A DNA stretch of 63,772 bases, the filler included, from Salisapilia sapeloensis CBS 127946 (taxonomy: Eukaryota > Protista > Oomycota), in assembly GCA_023334545.1 (NCBI GenBank). It is 12 parts of 12 records of this genome, joined end to end, with 100 filler letters (N's around TTAATTAATTAA, not from the genome) between each part and the next. Parts side by side here need not be neighbours in the genome. Positions count along the whole stretch, not along the records: positions 11,188 to 14,798 come from JAADVB010000735.1; positions 14,899 to 24,938 come from JAADVB010000452.1; 10 more parts are not named here. One strand, written 5' to 3'. Each line of letters begins with the position of its first letter. Positions within the stretch are counted from its first letter, which is position 1. The position numbers and the translations under genes are program-made. This document shows, piece after piece, positions 11,088-22,029 of this stretch. The notes beneath the pieces are model-generated. The model was not told the DNA's origin, ran no database searches, and saw only the letters and a list, made by a program, of their open reading frames with translations.

Positions 11088-11799
11088 NNNNNNNNNNNNN
11101 NNNNNNNNNNNNNNNNNNNNNNNNNNNNNNNTTAATTAATTAANNNNNNNNNNNNNNNNNNNNNNNNNNNNNNNNNNNNNNNNNNNNTAAATAGGCGTTC
11201 GTTTGGGGATGGAAGTTTAATAGCAATCTTTAGTTTCAAGCAGGCCATAGCTGCGAACCGAGTAGAAATACACGATGGGTGTCAGTTGGATGGCACCTAC
11301 AAATGAACAGACTAAGACCGTGTTTGTTCAGTGGATAATCGGATATCAAGCAAAGAACATAAGGCACTATGTAACGAAACGCGCAAAAACTGTAACAGAA
11401 ATCAATGCTTGAGTCTTTGGTGATTCTTCCTACTCGTACGTCGCTATCTACTGTTCCATCCTTATCCACGTATATCATCCATTCATCTGTCACGCTTTGG
11501 CGGGGAATAATACGGTGCTTTTTTATCAAAGAATTATTATTAAGCTTGTGGTATATTGGGCTACGTCTACCTACAAGCAGCGAGCTCGAATATCCAACAC
11601 CTGAAGTAGGTGTACCGACGACAAAAGACAAGCAGTGGTGACAGAAAGTGAGAACGCTATCTAGAGCGGCTGTCTCTCTTTCAGGAGAACCGTCCAGATA
11701 CTTTTAAGCAGGTAGAAGCGAGCTCTCCGACGATCAGGAGATAGACTGTACTGGATTTGTAAGTGATAGGAATATATTTGCAGATGTTGTAGTAGTCTC

Positions 11800-14798
11800 T
11801 GATCAATAATTTGAACTGCTTGTTAAGGTTTCCATGTCGACTCGTCCACGTATGTGGATATACGCCAATGCCAAATGGTCATGAGACCCGCAAAAACATG
11901 CAGCCTCCAAACATATTGAACTACTCCCTCGAGTTCATGCAAGACTATAGCTTTGACACCGTCTGCAAAATTTATCAAGACCGACAGGAGGATTATCTTG
12001 TAGGCGTTGGAGTCGAAAAGAGAAAATAGAAGAGCAAAACTCCCTTTGATCTCTAAGACCTCCAATATAAGACCAGGCTGTCTTCATTCGTGCCCAGATG
12101 AGACGCGCTGAAGAGCATGACTAGAATGCGTGACTTACGTTGGATGTAGAACTATCAGTACACCAGTCATGGGGTCAGGAATTTCCTCCTAGTAATGAAT
12201 CCCATAAAGATATGCGATGCGACTTGAATATGTAAATTAATTGGCGCACACCATTCTATGAACCAAGGAAGTGATGGATCGTTCGCCAGGGTACCATCTC
12301 TAAGGAACTTGCAATCACTATATTTTCATGACTCCATTTTGCACGTCCATATTCAGCAGAAAGCAAGTCTTTATGTGTGATGGAAGATGCGCAACAACGT
12401 CGGTGCTGCTTACGGCCGAGTGAATTTTTAGCATGAAAGCTCCATAAGCATGAGAGTTGTGGCAACACCGGATGTGATGTGAAGTGCACTGCCTTAGTAC
12501 CGCAAGATCTTGATGCACTCACCTCTGCATCTGCCTGATGTAGTGAGTCTATATTAGTAAACAGTGTTGGCGCAGATTCCGATCTAGTCTCGACCAAGGT
12601 AAAATAGCGATCTGTACGTTCAAGTGTCTAGTATGTGACGGGTCAAGCTTGAGATTGATAAGGGAGCAATTCATTATGGCCAGGCTGATATTCAAATATG
12701 CCAGGGTAATTAGCTAGGGATAACGAGCAGAGTTTTTGAAATTGAGACCAGGCATGGGGACGAATGTCTAACAGTCCATGTGGAGTAAAACAAATTCTCC
12801 ATTGACCAAGTCGTTGCCACGAAATCACGTCCTGTACCCTGGCGGTACATATTGCAATCGACGTAAGTTTATTCGCTCTCAATTTATTCCCAGTTCTGTC
12901 CACGAAGAATCCATTTCCGACAAGTGGCGTGAGTTTCAGCCATAGCATATTTAATGTCGCTCGTTTCTGCCGCTGAATCAAAGCAAGTTTCTGAACTTGC
13001 AGGCTGCAAGATCTACCGTCAAAGATCATTGTTCTGGACGATGACTCAAAACTAGACAAAGGTAGAATCTGCGGAATTAGGGCGCTAATGATCAATCTTT
13101 CGTCCTCTTGACGCTCATACGAATGCATAGAACCCAGCATTTTGGAGCCGTAGCTCCATAGATTAGCATCATAATTCAGGTTAGTAGGTTTGTTGCCTCG
13201 TACTTGGATAATGTGTGGCGATACTTTCTAATTGAACTGAGGCTGCCAGAGTAGGATATCACCAAGCAGGGTGTTGATGTAAGATCCCGAATCGGCCCAT
13301 TTTCGAACTGTCATGGCAGTAAGAGTCTTTAACTCGGAGTCGACATCAGGATAGCTAAGACCTCCTTGGTCTTTTCGTAAAGCTGTATGTGATGTGTTGA
13401 TCCACGCACGAAAATTAGTACCGTCCGGTTTAAGGAGACTTGACCAAACGAGTGTGTGAATAAGGCAGCGGAGTTTTCTTGCGAAGAGTGAAGATGGATA
13501 AAGATGGCCCGCAACATACAGTATCTTGGGTAGAATTATAAAAGAGTCTAAGAGGGCACGATCGAGCTCATCGTTGGTCTTGGTAGATACTAGTACAAGT
13601 CGTGCTCGTAAACTATCAAAGACTGGACGCCAAGAGTCTTTCTCGGATACCCCATTGCCCACGTGTATACCTAAGTATCTAGTTGTGGCATCTCGATTAA
13701 CCATAGCCATCATAGCAGAACCATGAGAGGGAAAGCGCCCTTCGGGATGGAGTGATACGAGGTTTGACTTGGTAACATTGACTTTAAGATCAGAGAAGGA
13801 ATGAAACTTCCCAGTAATGTCCAACAGAGGTTCCACTTCTGACGGATGACGGAGGTAAGCAGCCGTGTCATCCGCAAAACCAGCTACTTTAAGTTGGATG
13901 TGATTAGCACCATTAGTCAGCAGAATTCCTCGAAGACGGGCATCATATTCAATGGTGCGATACAAAGGCCCTAATGCTAGAGTGAACAGAAGAGAGGACA
14001 AGGGGCAGCCTTGCCGAATGTCGGCACTAAGAGGATTGCTTCTTGATTTATATCCGTTGACAAAATACCTTGATGTCGTCTTTTGATGCAACTGATGCAC
14101 GACATGGCAAAGCTCTTGAGGTAACCCATGCCAAGGTATCGGGGCAATCATAAACGATCTGTTGAGGGTGTCATAGACTTTAGCGAAATCGAGAAGGGCA
14201 ACACAGGCGTCACGATTAATCTTTTTGTGGCTAGCCAACTTTCTGGTCGCCACAAACAAGTCAATAGCTGAGTGGATGGACCGTCCAGGAACAAAACCAC
14301 TCTGTAAAGGATGGATCAATTGTGGAAGGAAGCGGCGAAGCCTTATAGTAAGGACTTTTGTAAAAATCTTATAATCGGTATTCAACAGAGCGATAGGCCT
14401 AAAGAAAAATCAGAGGTGGGATTGGTCTTTTTCTTGATGCAAGATACAGTCTCTTGGGCAAAGGTCGATGGGTATACACCAGATTGCATCCAGGCATTGG
14501 AGATTTGAACTAAGAGAGGAATCAGGGTCTCTTGAAAATCTCCATAGAAGTCTTTGAAAAGACCGTCAGGTCCACTAGCTTTGCCTCGTTTACAACGCTG
14601 AATGGAAATCTTGAGTTCAGCAGGGTCGAAAGAAGCATGCAAGGAATCCATTTTTTCAGCGGAGGTTTGCTTTGGTATACTAGTAAGGCAGCAAGGTAGT
14701 CGCAGCATTCGTCTATAGAAGCCGACTTTTGCTGCACGATGTCTACCCAGGCGTCTGCTAAAGGGTTGGCAATATCCATCTTGTTTCGTCGCGTCTAA
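11800..14798 (-). mobile_element. L1/Tx1-type non-LTR retrotransposon ORF2 (reverse transcriptase), decayed and truncated
   Basis: GKASGPDG, RPIALLNTDYKIFTK, QSGFVPGRSI, LDFAKVYD, IRQGCPLS, FADD, YLGI; frameshift in a T-run near 14400-14410; broken downstream ORFs. Confidence 0.92.
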
Positions 14799-14898
14799 NN
14801 NNNNNNNNNNNNNNNNNNNNNNNNNNNNNNNNNNNNNNNNNNTTAATTAATTAANNNNNNNNNNNNNNNNNNNNNNNNNNNNNNNNNNNNNNNNNNNN

Positions 14899-15009
14899 CA
14901 GGATCCGTCGAAACGGCCGGACTTTGCGTCGATCCTGGAGGCACTGCCGATCATCCAGACGACCGTCAAGAAGCGCGACTTTAAGAACCTGGGCTTTGTC
15001 GTCGAATAG
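14899..15009 (+). CDS. 3' end of a protein kinase (TKL-like subdomain XI), copy A
   Basis: QDPSKRPDFASILEALPIIQTTVKKRDFKNLGFVVE* (DPxxRPxFxxI motif). Confidence 0.65.
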   Translation, partial: QDPSKRPDFASILEALPIIQTTVKKRDFKNLGFVVE

Positions 15010-15117
15010 GCCACTCTAGTAGGACTCTGTTGTAATTTGAAGTTTTAAAAAAGTACGTTGTGGAAAGCAGACTTGCTTGGAACGGTGTTGCATCCAGTCC
15101 AGTAAAAGAGGTGACGC
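14899..15117 (+). repeat. Inverted repeat, left arm (partner about 24721-24938)
   Basis: First 141 bp identical, next ~80 bp similar with mismatches and an indel. Confidence 0.95.
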
Positions 15118-15311
15118 TTCGAAGACAGCACAAATGACAAGAGGTGTGCGCTTCGGATACAGCTTATGATGCATAACGATCTTACGATCGTCCTTCGCAA
15201 GCAAGCACATCGACAAACGATATCAAGCGCCCACGGTTAGACACGTCGTCCCGTGGCTGTGCCCCATGTGTACCAACGAGTGTCGATACGCTCGTCCATC
15301 GCCATTTTGAA

Positions 15312-16772
15312 ATGGACCGCTCGACGGAGATGTGGGTGTCTGCCCCCGGTAAAGTCCTCTTGACAGGAGGCTATGCTGTACTGGATGAACGATTTTCAGG
15401 CATTGTCGTTGCAACCACGGCGAGGTTTTACGGTCGGATCACTACACCGACAGTCGAGTCTTCGGATACTACCTCCAGCCAAGTGGATTGTGCGATGGAG
15501 GTTGTGAGCCCTCAATACGACCAACGTATCCGAGGGAAAATTCTCAGTTCAGATGATACCTGCTCGTTCTTCATGTCGGATGCATCCGATCGAAATCCGT
15601 ACATTGAAACCACCATCCAATGCACGCTCAAAGCGATTGCCGCTTTGGATGCTGACTGCATTCCTCGCACGTGCAAGGATCTCGAGTCGGCCCAGCAGTT
15701 CCTTCGACTGACAGTCGAAGGCGACAATAGCTTTTATTCCCAAACGCAGCGTCTACAGCGAGCTCAAAAGCCTCTTTCACGTCATGAGCTCGAGTCACTC
15801 GATCCTTTCCTACCTCCCTACTTTGAGCAAGGCTCTTCTGCAGCCATGAAGACAGGCATGGGTAGCTCCGCCGCCCTCGTCACATCCATCGTCGGAGCGC
15901 TCGTCGGATACTTTGTGCGCAACTTTCCATCCGATGCCATCGCACGCCAGTATGTGCACAACATCGCGCAATGGAGTCACTGCGTCATCCAAGGCAAGGT
16001 CGGCAGTGGGTTCGACATTTCGTCTGCGTGCTTTGGATCTCAACTCTACACTCGTTTCCATCCGTCTCTCCTCCACACGATATCTTCGGACGTGTCTGGG
16101 CTAACGAACGAAAGCATTCGAGAGAGTCTATTGGATCTATCGAAATGGACGTTTGACGCTCGAGTACGTCCATTTGCGTTACCAACTGGCATGCACTTAG
16201 TCATGGGGGACGTCTCCAGTGGCTCGGAAACTGTATCGATGGTAAAGAAAGTCAAGGCATGGCAAGAGCGAGAACCAATTGAGTCAGAAAAAGTCATGCA
16301 GGCGTTGCATCGATCAAACCAACAAGTAGAGCAACTATTTCAACGGATTAACGAGCTCGCTACCTCGACGTACGAACAGGAGAGACAGGAACTAGCACAA
16401 GTTACGTCGGACAAGTGGGGAGACATCGACAGACCTCTTGCGCCAGTATGCCTGGAGCTTCGAAAGACATTCCAGTGTGTGCGTGAACATTTGCGAGCGA
16501 TCAGCGTCGCGGCAGACGTCCCGATTGAACCTCCTCAGCAGACCAAGCTCATTGACGCGACCATGCAAGTGCCCGGAGTGTTGTTTGCAGGTGTGCCAGG
16601 CGCAGGTGGCTTCGACGCGATTGCCGTGATAGTGATCGACGCCAGTGCCGTGGATACCGTGGAAGCGCTTTGGCGAACGTGGCGCGATGTGGATGTGTGC
16701 CCGATGTTATGTGATGCCAGCGACGGTGCCCTCCAGAGTCGAAACTTGCACTTCCCAGACGAAGGCAACTAA
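15312..16772 (+). CDS. ERG8: Phosphomevalonate kinase (ERG8-type GHMP kinase)
   Basis: SAPGKVLLTGGYAVL, KTGMGSSAALVTS, QGKVGSGFDISSA, GVPGAGGFDAI. Confidence 0.95.
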   Translation: MDRSTEMWVSAPGKVLLTGGYAVLDERFSGIVVATTARFYGRITTPTVESSDTTSSQVDCAMEVVSPQYDQRIRGKILSSDDTCSFFMSDASDRNPYIETTIQCTLKAIAALDADCIPRTCKDLESAQQFLRLTVEGDNSFYSQTQRLQRAQKPLSRHELESLDPFLPPYFEQGSSAAMKTGMGSSAALVTSIVGALVGYFVRNFPSDAIARQYVHNIAQWSHCVIQGKVGSGFDISSACFGSQLYTRFHPSLLHTISSDVSGLTNESIRESLLDLSKWTFDARVRPFALPTGMHLVMGDVSSGSETVSMVKKVKAWQEREPIESEKVMQALHRSNQQVEQLFQRINELATSTYEQERQELAQVTSDKWGDIDRPLAPVCLELRKTFQCVREHLRAISVAADVPIEPPQQTKLIDATMQVPGVLFAGVPGAGGFDAIAVIVIDASAVDTVEALWRTWRDVDVCPMLCDASDGALQSRNLHFPDEGN

Positions 16773-16966
16773 TGACATAAGTTTGCAAATGAAGTGTGTT
16801 TTCCGACCATATTTCCATGTCCAATTCCGCCACTACCTACACTGCCGTGCGTTCCGTGTGCAAAGAGAGATCTACGACGCAACAAAAGAAGAATGATTAA
16901 AAATATAGGCATGATGACGCCCAGCCCTTTCCTCATCGACACCATCCCCAAATAGCCTCGTCCTTT

Positions 16967-18229
16967 CTATCCGGACTTGGCCAAACTCACCAGTGCCGAG
17001 AGGAATTTAGCTTGATCCGCCGTCCGATGGACGTACACGATCTTGTCGCCACTAAAGGAAAAGTTGCTGACGCCTTCGATCCGCACACGCTTGCCGCGCA
17101 CACTTTCGATTAAATCCAAAAACTCCTTGTTCATACTCATGCCAGCGCGCTGCACCGTGCCGTGGAAGACCCAGTGAACGCGGAAGTGTTGGCTGCGCGG
17201 ACCGCCATTGTCGATTTTGACGTGCTCCATGTGAATGTCCGAGTACAAGTACGATGTGCACAAGTAGTCCATGAGCATCGCGTCTCGGCCTTGCAAGTGC
17301 ACAGATGCGTTCTGAGGACCACTCACGATCGAGTCGTCTCGGAAGTGGGCCATGATAGAGGTCATATCGCCACTGTTGTATGCGTCTTCCACCTTTTTAA
17401 TAATGCGCAGACGTAGCTGCTGCATCTGCCGGCACTCTCTGTCGGAATTGTTCGGGGTGACTTTTACCACCTCTTGTTGCTGTTCTTCACCTTTACTCCC
17501 GTCGCGTTTTTCCAACGAGTTGATTTCTTCCACGAGCAAATCGCGGTGTTGTTCCAAACGCTTCTTCTCTTCCTCCAAGCTCGAGATACGGTCCAACTTG
17601 CGCTGACGACTCTTTCGTGCAGCGATGCGGTTCCGCTCCCTACGGAGGTTGGCCTCCGAGTCGCCATCGTTCGTGGACTTATCGTTTTCAAGCGCGGAAG
17701 ACTCGCTCCGGTCGTCCGAGTAGGCGCGACTCATTTGCTGAGTGTAGTCACTCGACATCGGGAGGGACCCGTGGTTTGTTTGTTGATGGATGAACTCGGT
17801 CGCGACAGCAGACGTAGGTACGTGCTTGCCTCGACCGGTCATGGGGGAAATGTTGCGTGTGGGGGGAGTGTACGACTTCGCGACGGCGTAAGGGACGTAG
17901 CGTTCGTCGGCGAGTCGAGACTTTTTCGGCATCGGTCCCCGCGCTTGCATCGCATGGTGCGATCCATGGCGGTAGTACCGGTCGTAGTCGGCCTCGACGT
18001 ATCGAGGCGGGCTCATGGCCGTGGGCATCATTTGCGCGGAAGAGTCGGCGGCCGTCCCCGAAAGGTGGACGGCGCAGACACCTTCGGCGACGGCGGTGTT
18101 GGCGCAAAAGGCGATGGCGCACCGGTGTAAGCCTTGCGTGGCTGCCGCGGCAGCTGATGTGGACGCGCGGTTCATTCTGTGTTGACCTGGTCTTGCGTAG
18201 TTTGTGTCCAGAAGGAGAATGGAAGACAT
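16967..18229 (-). CDS. bZIP transcription factor with oomycete-type C-terminal (NTF2/SnoaL-like) domain
   Basis: RRERNRIAARKSRQRKLDRISSLEEEKKRLE basic region and zipper. Start moved to ATG 18229 because of the INR+FPR-like motif at 18259-18274. Confidence 0.88.
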   Translation of the reverse strand: MSSILLLDTNYARPGQHRMNRASTSAAAAATQGLHRCAIAFCANTAVAEGVCAVHLSGTAADSSAQMMPTAMSPPRYVEADYDRYYRHGSHHAMQARGPMPKKSRLADERYVPYAVAKSYTPPTRNISPMTGRGKHVPTSAVATEFIHQQTNHGSLPMSSDYTQQMSRAYSDDRSESSALENDKSTNDGDSEANLRRERNRIAARKSRQRKLDRISSLEEEKKRLEQHRDLLVEEINSLEKRDGSKGEEQQQEVVKVTPNNSDRECRQMQQLRLRIIKKVEDAYNSGDMTSIMAHFRDDSIVSGPQNASVHLQGRDAMLMDYLCTSYLYSDIHMEHVKIDNGGPRSQHFRVHWVFHGTVQRAGMSMNKEFLDLIESVRGKRVRIEGVSNFSFSGDKIVYVHRTADQAKFLSALVSLAKSG

Positions 18230-18258
18230 CGATGAGTCGTCAGCCGTCCATACAAACT

Positions 18259-18274
18259 GCAAGTGAAAAATGGG
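18259..18274 (-). promoter_or_regulatory. INR+FPR-like core promoter of the bZIP gene
   Basis: Minus strand CCCATTTTTCACTTGC. Confidence 0.45.
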
Positions 18275-19274
18275 ATATGTCCTGCAAAAGCAGCTTCGAA
18301 ACCTAAGCCCATAGACCGGACCGATTCGATAACGACCTGTGACGACCTGAAAATAAGAATGCACACGAATAGTCAATTGATTGGCATGTAAAGGTGTATC
18401 AATTTCCGGAGGTACGCTCGAATAAAATTTCAATCTATTTCGAGAAAATATTAATGAGAGGAACCATGACGTTATCTTTGAAAGATATCAAGGAGTTTTG
18501 TGCAGTGGTATCCACGTCACCGAAAGCATAAATACCAAAATCATAAATAGATATTTCCTTGGCCTATCCTGATTCCGCCTCTTGCTCTACCTCTAATATG
18601 TGAAATGGAATCCTCCGATAACCCATTTTTATTAATTTTAATAGTATATTAATTTTGATATGGTTTATTATTTGGGTGCGTTCCTTTACGACCCCATACT
18701 GTTGGCAAGATGTTTTTCATGCGCGTTAAGAGATGATATGTAGACCATACGATCATTGCTCACGCGTACAGTTGTAAGTGGATGAGAGGCCGAGTGAGCA
18801 TGTAGGGTCGAATGTCATAATAGCGGGCAAGACTGCACCCTCTCTCTCCAGGCTTCCCCTTAATTCTTACGGTGAAAAAGCCACTGGGTACGGATTGGTT
18901 ACGATTTCGCGACGTCTCTAGCACTCGAAAAGACTGGATCCGAGTTCCATCTTCCATCATCGGATCATTTCTTTGCAGCGAACGACCTGAGTCAAGTTTT
19001 CCGCAGATTTTAACGTTCGACACATTTATAGCCTTACTTTTTTCTTGCATAAAGTATGGGCTAGTCTTTAGCAAGTACATTCGCTCGAAACGCTCGGAGC
19101 GAGGAGCATCCCATAGGGTTCCTATGGTATGACGACTGGCAACGGAAACATAAAAGCACGCACGGTACGACAATCTTTCTATGAGAAGCAGCACAGCTGG
19201 CTCAGGGCATAAAAGCTGGGAACAAACGAGTCTTTACACAACGACTTAGGACATTCTTTGTCATTCAATCCAAC

Positions 19275-19934
19275 ATGTACCAACTTCGCCACACCTGCAA
19301 GCGATGGCTGTCGACATCTGCGGCCACTGAGCCACTGAAAGGGTCGGGGCGAGTCGCAGACTGCATGCATGCAATCCTTGACCAACACGCGGCACTGATA
19401 GAATCTCTCCCGGACAATGTCTACACTTTTCAAAGTCCGCTGCTTCAAGCGTCCATCGGGCAACATACGCGGCACTCTCTCGATCATCTGCGCAAACCAT
19501 TAGAGTTGCTACAGGATGAACAGTCCTCACGAGAGGATCGTTTGATCCAATACGACCGACGCAGTCGGCACACTCCGATCGAAACAGACCGGCACGCCGC
19601 GCTCGATCAAATAAAGCATTTGCAGCGTCAACTCCAAGATATCGGTAAGCAGATTCAGTACATCTCTTTATCTACAATCAACTCACGCCAATATACAGAT
19701 GCACACAACGTACAGTCTCCCGTTCAAGCTGCGTTCATGCTGTCTTCTGACGGACAAGAGTACAGTTTCCAGTCCACGTTCAGCCGTGAGATGGCCTTTG
19801 CCGTCCACCACTGCATCCACCACAACGCTCTCTCCAAAGTGCTACTCAACCACCACTACCCATCTATCTCCGTTCCTCCCGACTTTGGCAAAGCACCTTC
19901 CACCGCCAATTTTGAGTCCGAAGTAGCGTCGTAG
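19275..19934 (+). CDS. DinB/YfiT-superfamily putative metalloenzyme with mitochondrial-type presequence; probable intron 19645-19698
   Basis: SIGQHTRHSLDH, YDRRSR.T.IETD, REMAFAVHHCIHHNA; N-terminus MYQLRHTCKRWLSTSAA; GTAAGC...TACAG 54-nt in-frame intron. Confidence 0.78.
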   Translation: MYQLRHTCKRWLSTSAATEPLKGSGRVADCMHAILDQHAALIESLPDNVYTFQSPLLQASIGQHTRHSLDHLRKPLELLQDEQSSREDRLIQYDRRSRHTPIETDRHAALDQIKHLQRQLQDIGKQIQYISLSTINSRQYTDAHNVQSPVQAAFMLSSDGQEYSFQSTFSREMAFAVHHCIHHNALSKVLLNHHYPSISVPPDFGKAPSTANFESEVAS

Positions 19935-20096
19935 CTTCATATTAACACCAAAGACACACAACCGTTCACAGCACTCCTCTTGTAGCTTACCTTGCACATC
20001 CCTCCAACTGACGACAGCAACCACACCGCTTTTATGACTACACGCATGCTACTGATCTACTTGAAGCAGCTGCCCATGCCATTCTTCCCTCGTCTT

Positions 20097-20112
20097 CCAT
20101 TCAGCAATTCAC
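20097..20112 (+). promoter_or_regulatory. INR+FPR core promoter of the xylitol dehydrogenase gene
   Basis: CCATTCAGCAATTCAC, 21 nt before ATG 20134. Confidence 0.55.
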
Positions 20113-20133
20113 TGCGAAGCTCCCAAGACACCC

Positions 20134-21262
20134 ATGGCACCTCAAAATCAATCCTTTGTGCTAGAAAAGCAGGACGTCGTCAAGTTCGAAGACCGACCTG
20201 TGCCACAGATCGACGACCCGCATGATGTCATTGTACCTTTTTACATTTACTACGACGCTAGGAGTATGCATCGTTGACCATATCTCGCCTTTACTCTAGA
20301 TCGACGTCAAATACACTGGTATTTGCGGCAGTGACGTCCACTATTGGACCCATGGTCGCATCGGTGACTTTGTGGTAAAGGCTCCGATGGTCCTCGGCCA
20401 TGAAAGCTCCGGTGTCGTCTCCTCCGTTGGCTCCAAAGTCACGACGCTCCAAGTGGGAGACCGCGTGGCCATGGAGCCTGGCATCCCGTGCCGTCGGTGC
20501 ATTCGTTGCAAGGAGGGTAACTACAACTTGTGCCCGGACATGCGCTTTGCCGCCACACCTCCGATCGACGGTACATTGTGCAAGTACTACGTCATGCCGG
20601 AAGACTTTTGCTACAAGCTACCAGATAATGTGAGTCTACAGGAAGGCGCATTGCTCGAGCCTGCTAGCTGCGGCATCCACTTCTGTCGCATGGCCAACAT
20701 CCGTCCAGGTGACAGCGTCGTCGTATTCGGCGCTGGACCGGTGGGTCTACTAGCTTGTAAGGTCGCTCGCTTCGTCTACGGCGCCACCAAGGTCGTCGCC
20801 GTGGACGTGAATGAAGAGCGACTTGCTTTTGCCGGTGAAAAAGCGGCAACACATACGTTCAAAAGCACCAAGAGCGCACCGGAAGATTTGGCCAAGCAGA
20901 TTATTGACCAGTGCGATCTTGGCGTCGGTGCGGATGCCGTCATTGAAGCGAGTGGCGCCGAGCCGTGCATCCAAACTGCAGTGCACGTCGTCCGGAACGG
21001 TGGCCGATACACCCAAGGAGGCATGGGAGCGTCGAATATCACGTTCCCGATCGTCGCCATGTGCAGCAAGGAGCTCAAGGTGAGTGGCAGTTTCCGCTAC
21101 TCAGCTGGCGACTATGCGCTGGCACTCGAGATGGTGGCAAGTGGTCGACTGGAAGTCAAGGATCTCGTGAGCAAAGAAGTATCGTTCGACCAGGCACAAG
21201 AAGCGTTTGAAAATGTAAAGCAGGGCAAAGGGATTAAGTGGTTGATTAAAGGACCGGAATAA
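20134..21262 (+). CDS. Xylitol/sorbitol dehydrogenase (D-xylulose reductase, zinc MDR); exons 20134-20232 and 20300-21262, 353 aa
   Basis: [32 protein letters not shown] structural Zn, GAGPVG; 67-nt GT-AG intron restores the N-terminus [24 protein letters not shown]. Confidence 0.95.
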
Positions 21263-22029
21263 AAAAGGATGATGAGCAGTCGTTACTGGTAACTTGGCGA
21301 GACCGTTTAGATCGTGTCGAAATGGAAAGATGAGAAGAGCTGTGTACTGTACCAGAATAAATTCGGTGGCACGTGTCGAAGGATATAAAGTGTCTTGACT
21401 AACTCGACGGTGGTATCATGAAAGAATCAGAGGGTGCGACAGGTGGAAGCGATAGACGCAGCACGTCACCGTGGCTTGATTTTCTCGAAGCAAAGCACGC
21501 TGGAACGCAATCTCAAAGAAGGTGTAGTCGAGTGAATATTCACTTGCCCCTTTTACACTACATTGGGAGAGAATACAAGTGCGACAAGCTTATATGCCGC
21601 TTGGTAGACCAGCCCACTTCCTTGACACTTTAGCATCTCGACGAAGGCCCCTACTCGCTATAAATACATCTACCTGTCTTTTCATTGGTTATAATTGTGT
21701 CTTTTGCGCGAATCCAATGTCAGCACAAGGCTACAACGTGTCCATCTGTCGCCGAACGAGCCAATCGAGCGAGGTCATTTTTTAATCGCCACCGCCAGTC
21801 CAGTTTTCGGTCGAAAGCCTCGAAGCGGTCTGCTTGTTTGGTCCGTCACGGTTGGTCTTTCTCGACTTGTACTCTGTCCAAGCTACCCACAGATAGGCTC
21901 CCCCGTGCGTGGTGGAAAGTGCATGCATCTAACGCCGCGCTGTTACACACATTGGCCTCGTCTTTTAACATCGCACACGCTCTTCTTTCGAGGCATTAGA
22001 GTCTCCCTCGCAATATTTCAGTTCTCTGC

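Noticed and set aside
11236-11631. Possible RNase H domain appended to the L1 element
   Set aside because: WMIYVDKDG only loosely resembles WxxxxDG; no GNPG or NNxAEY motifs follow
18230-18433. N-terminal extension of bZIP given by the ORF track
   Set aside because: An INR+FPR-like motif at 18259-18274 lies inside it, suggesting transcription starts downstream
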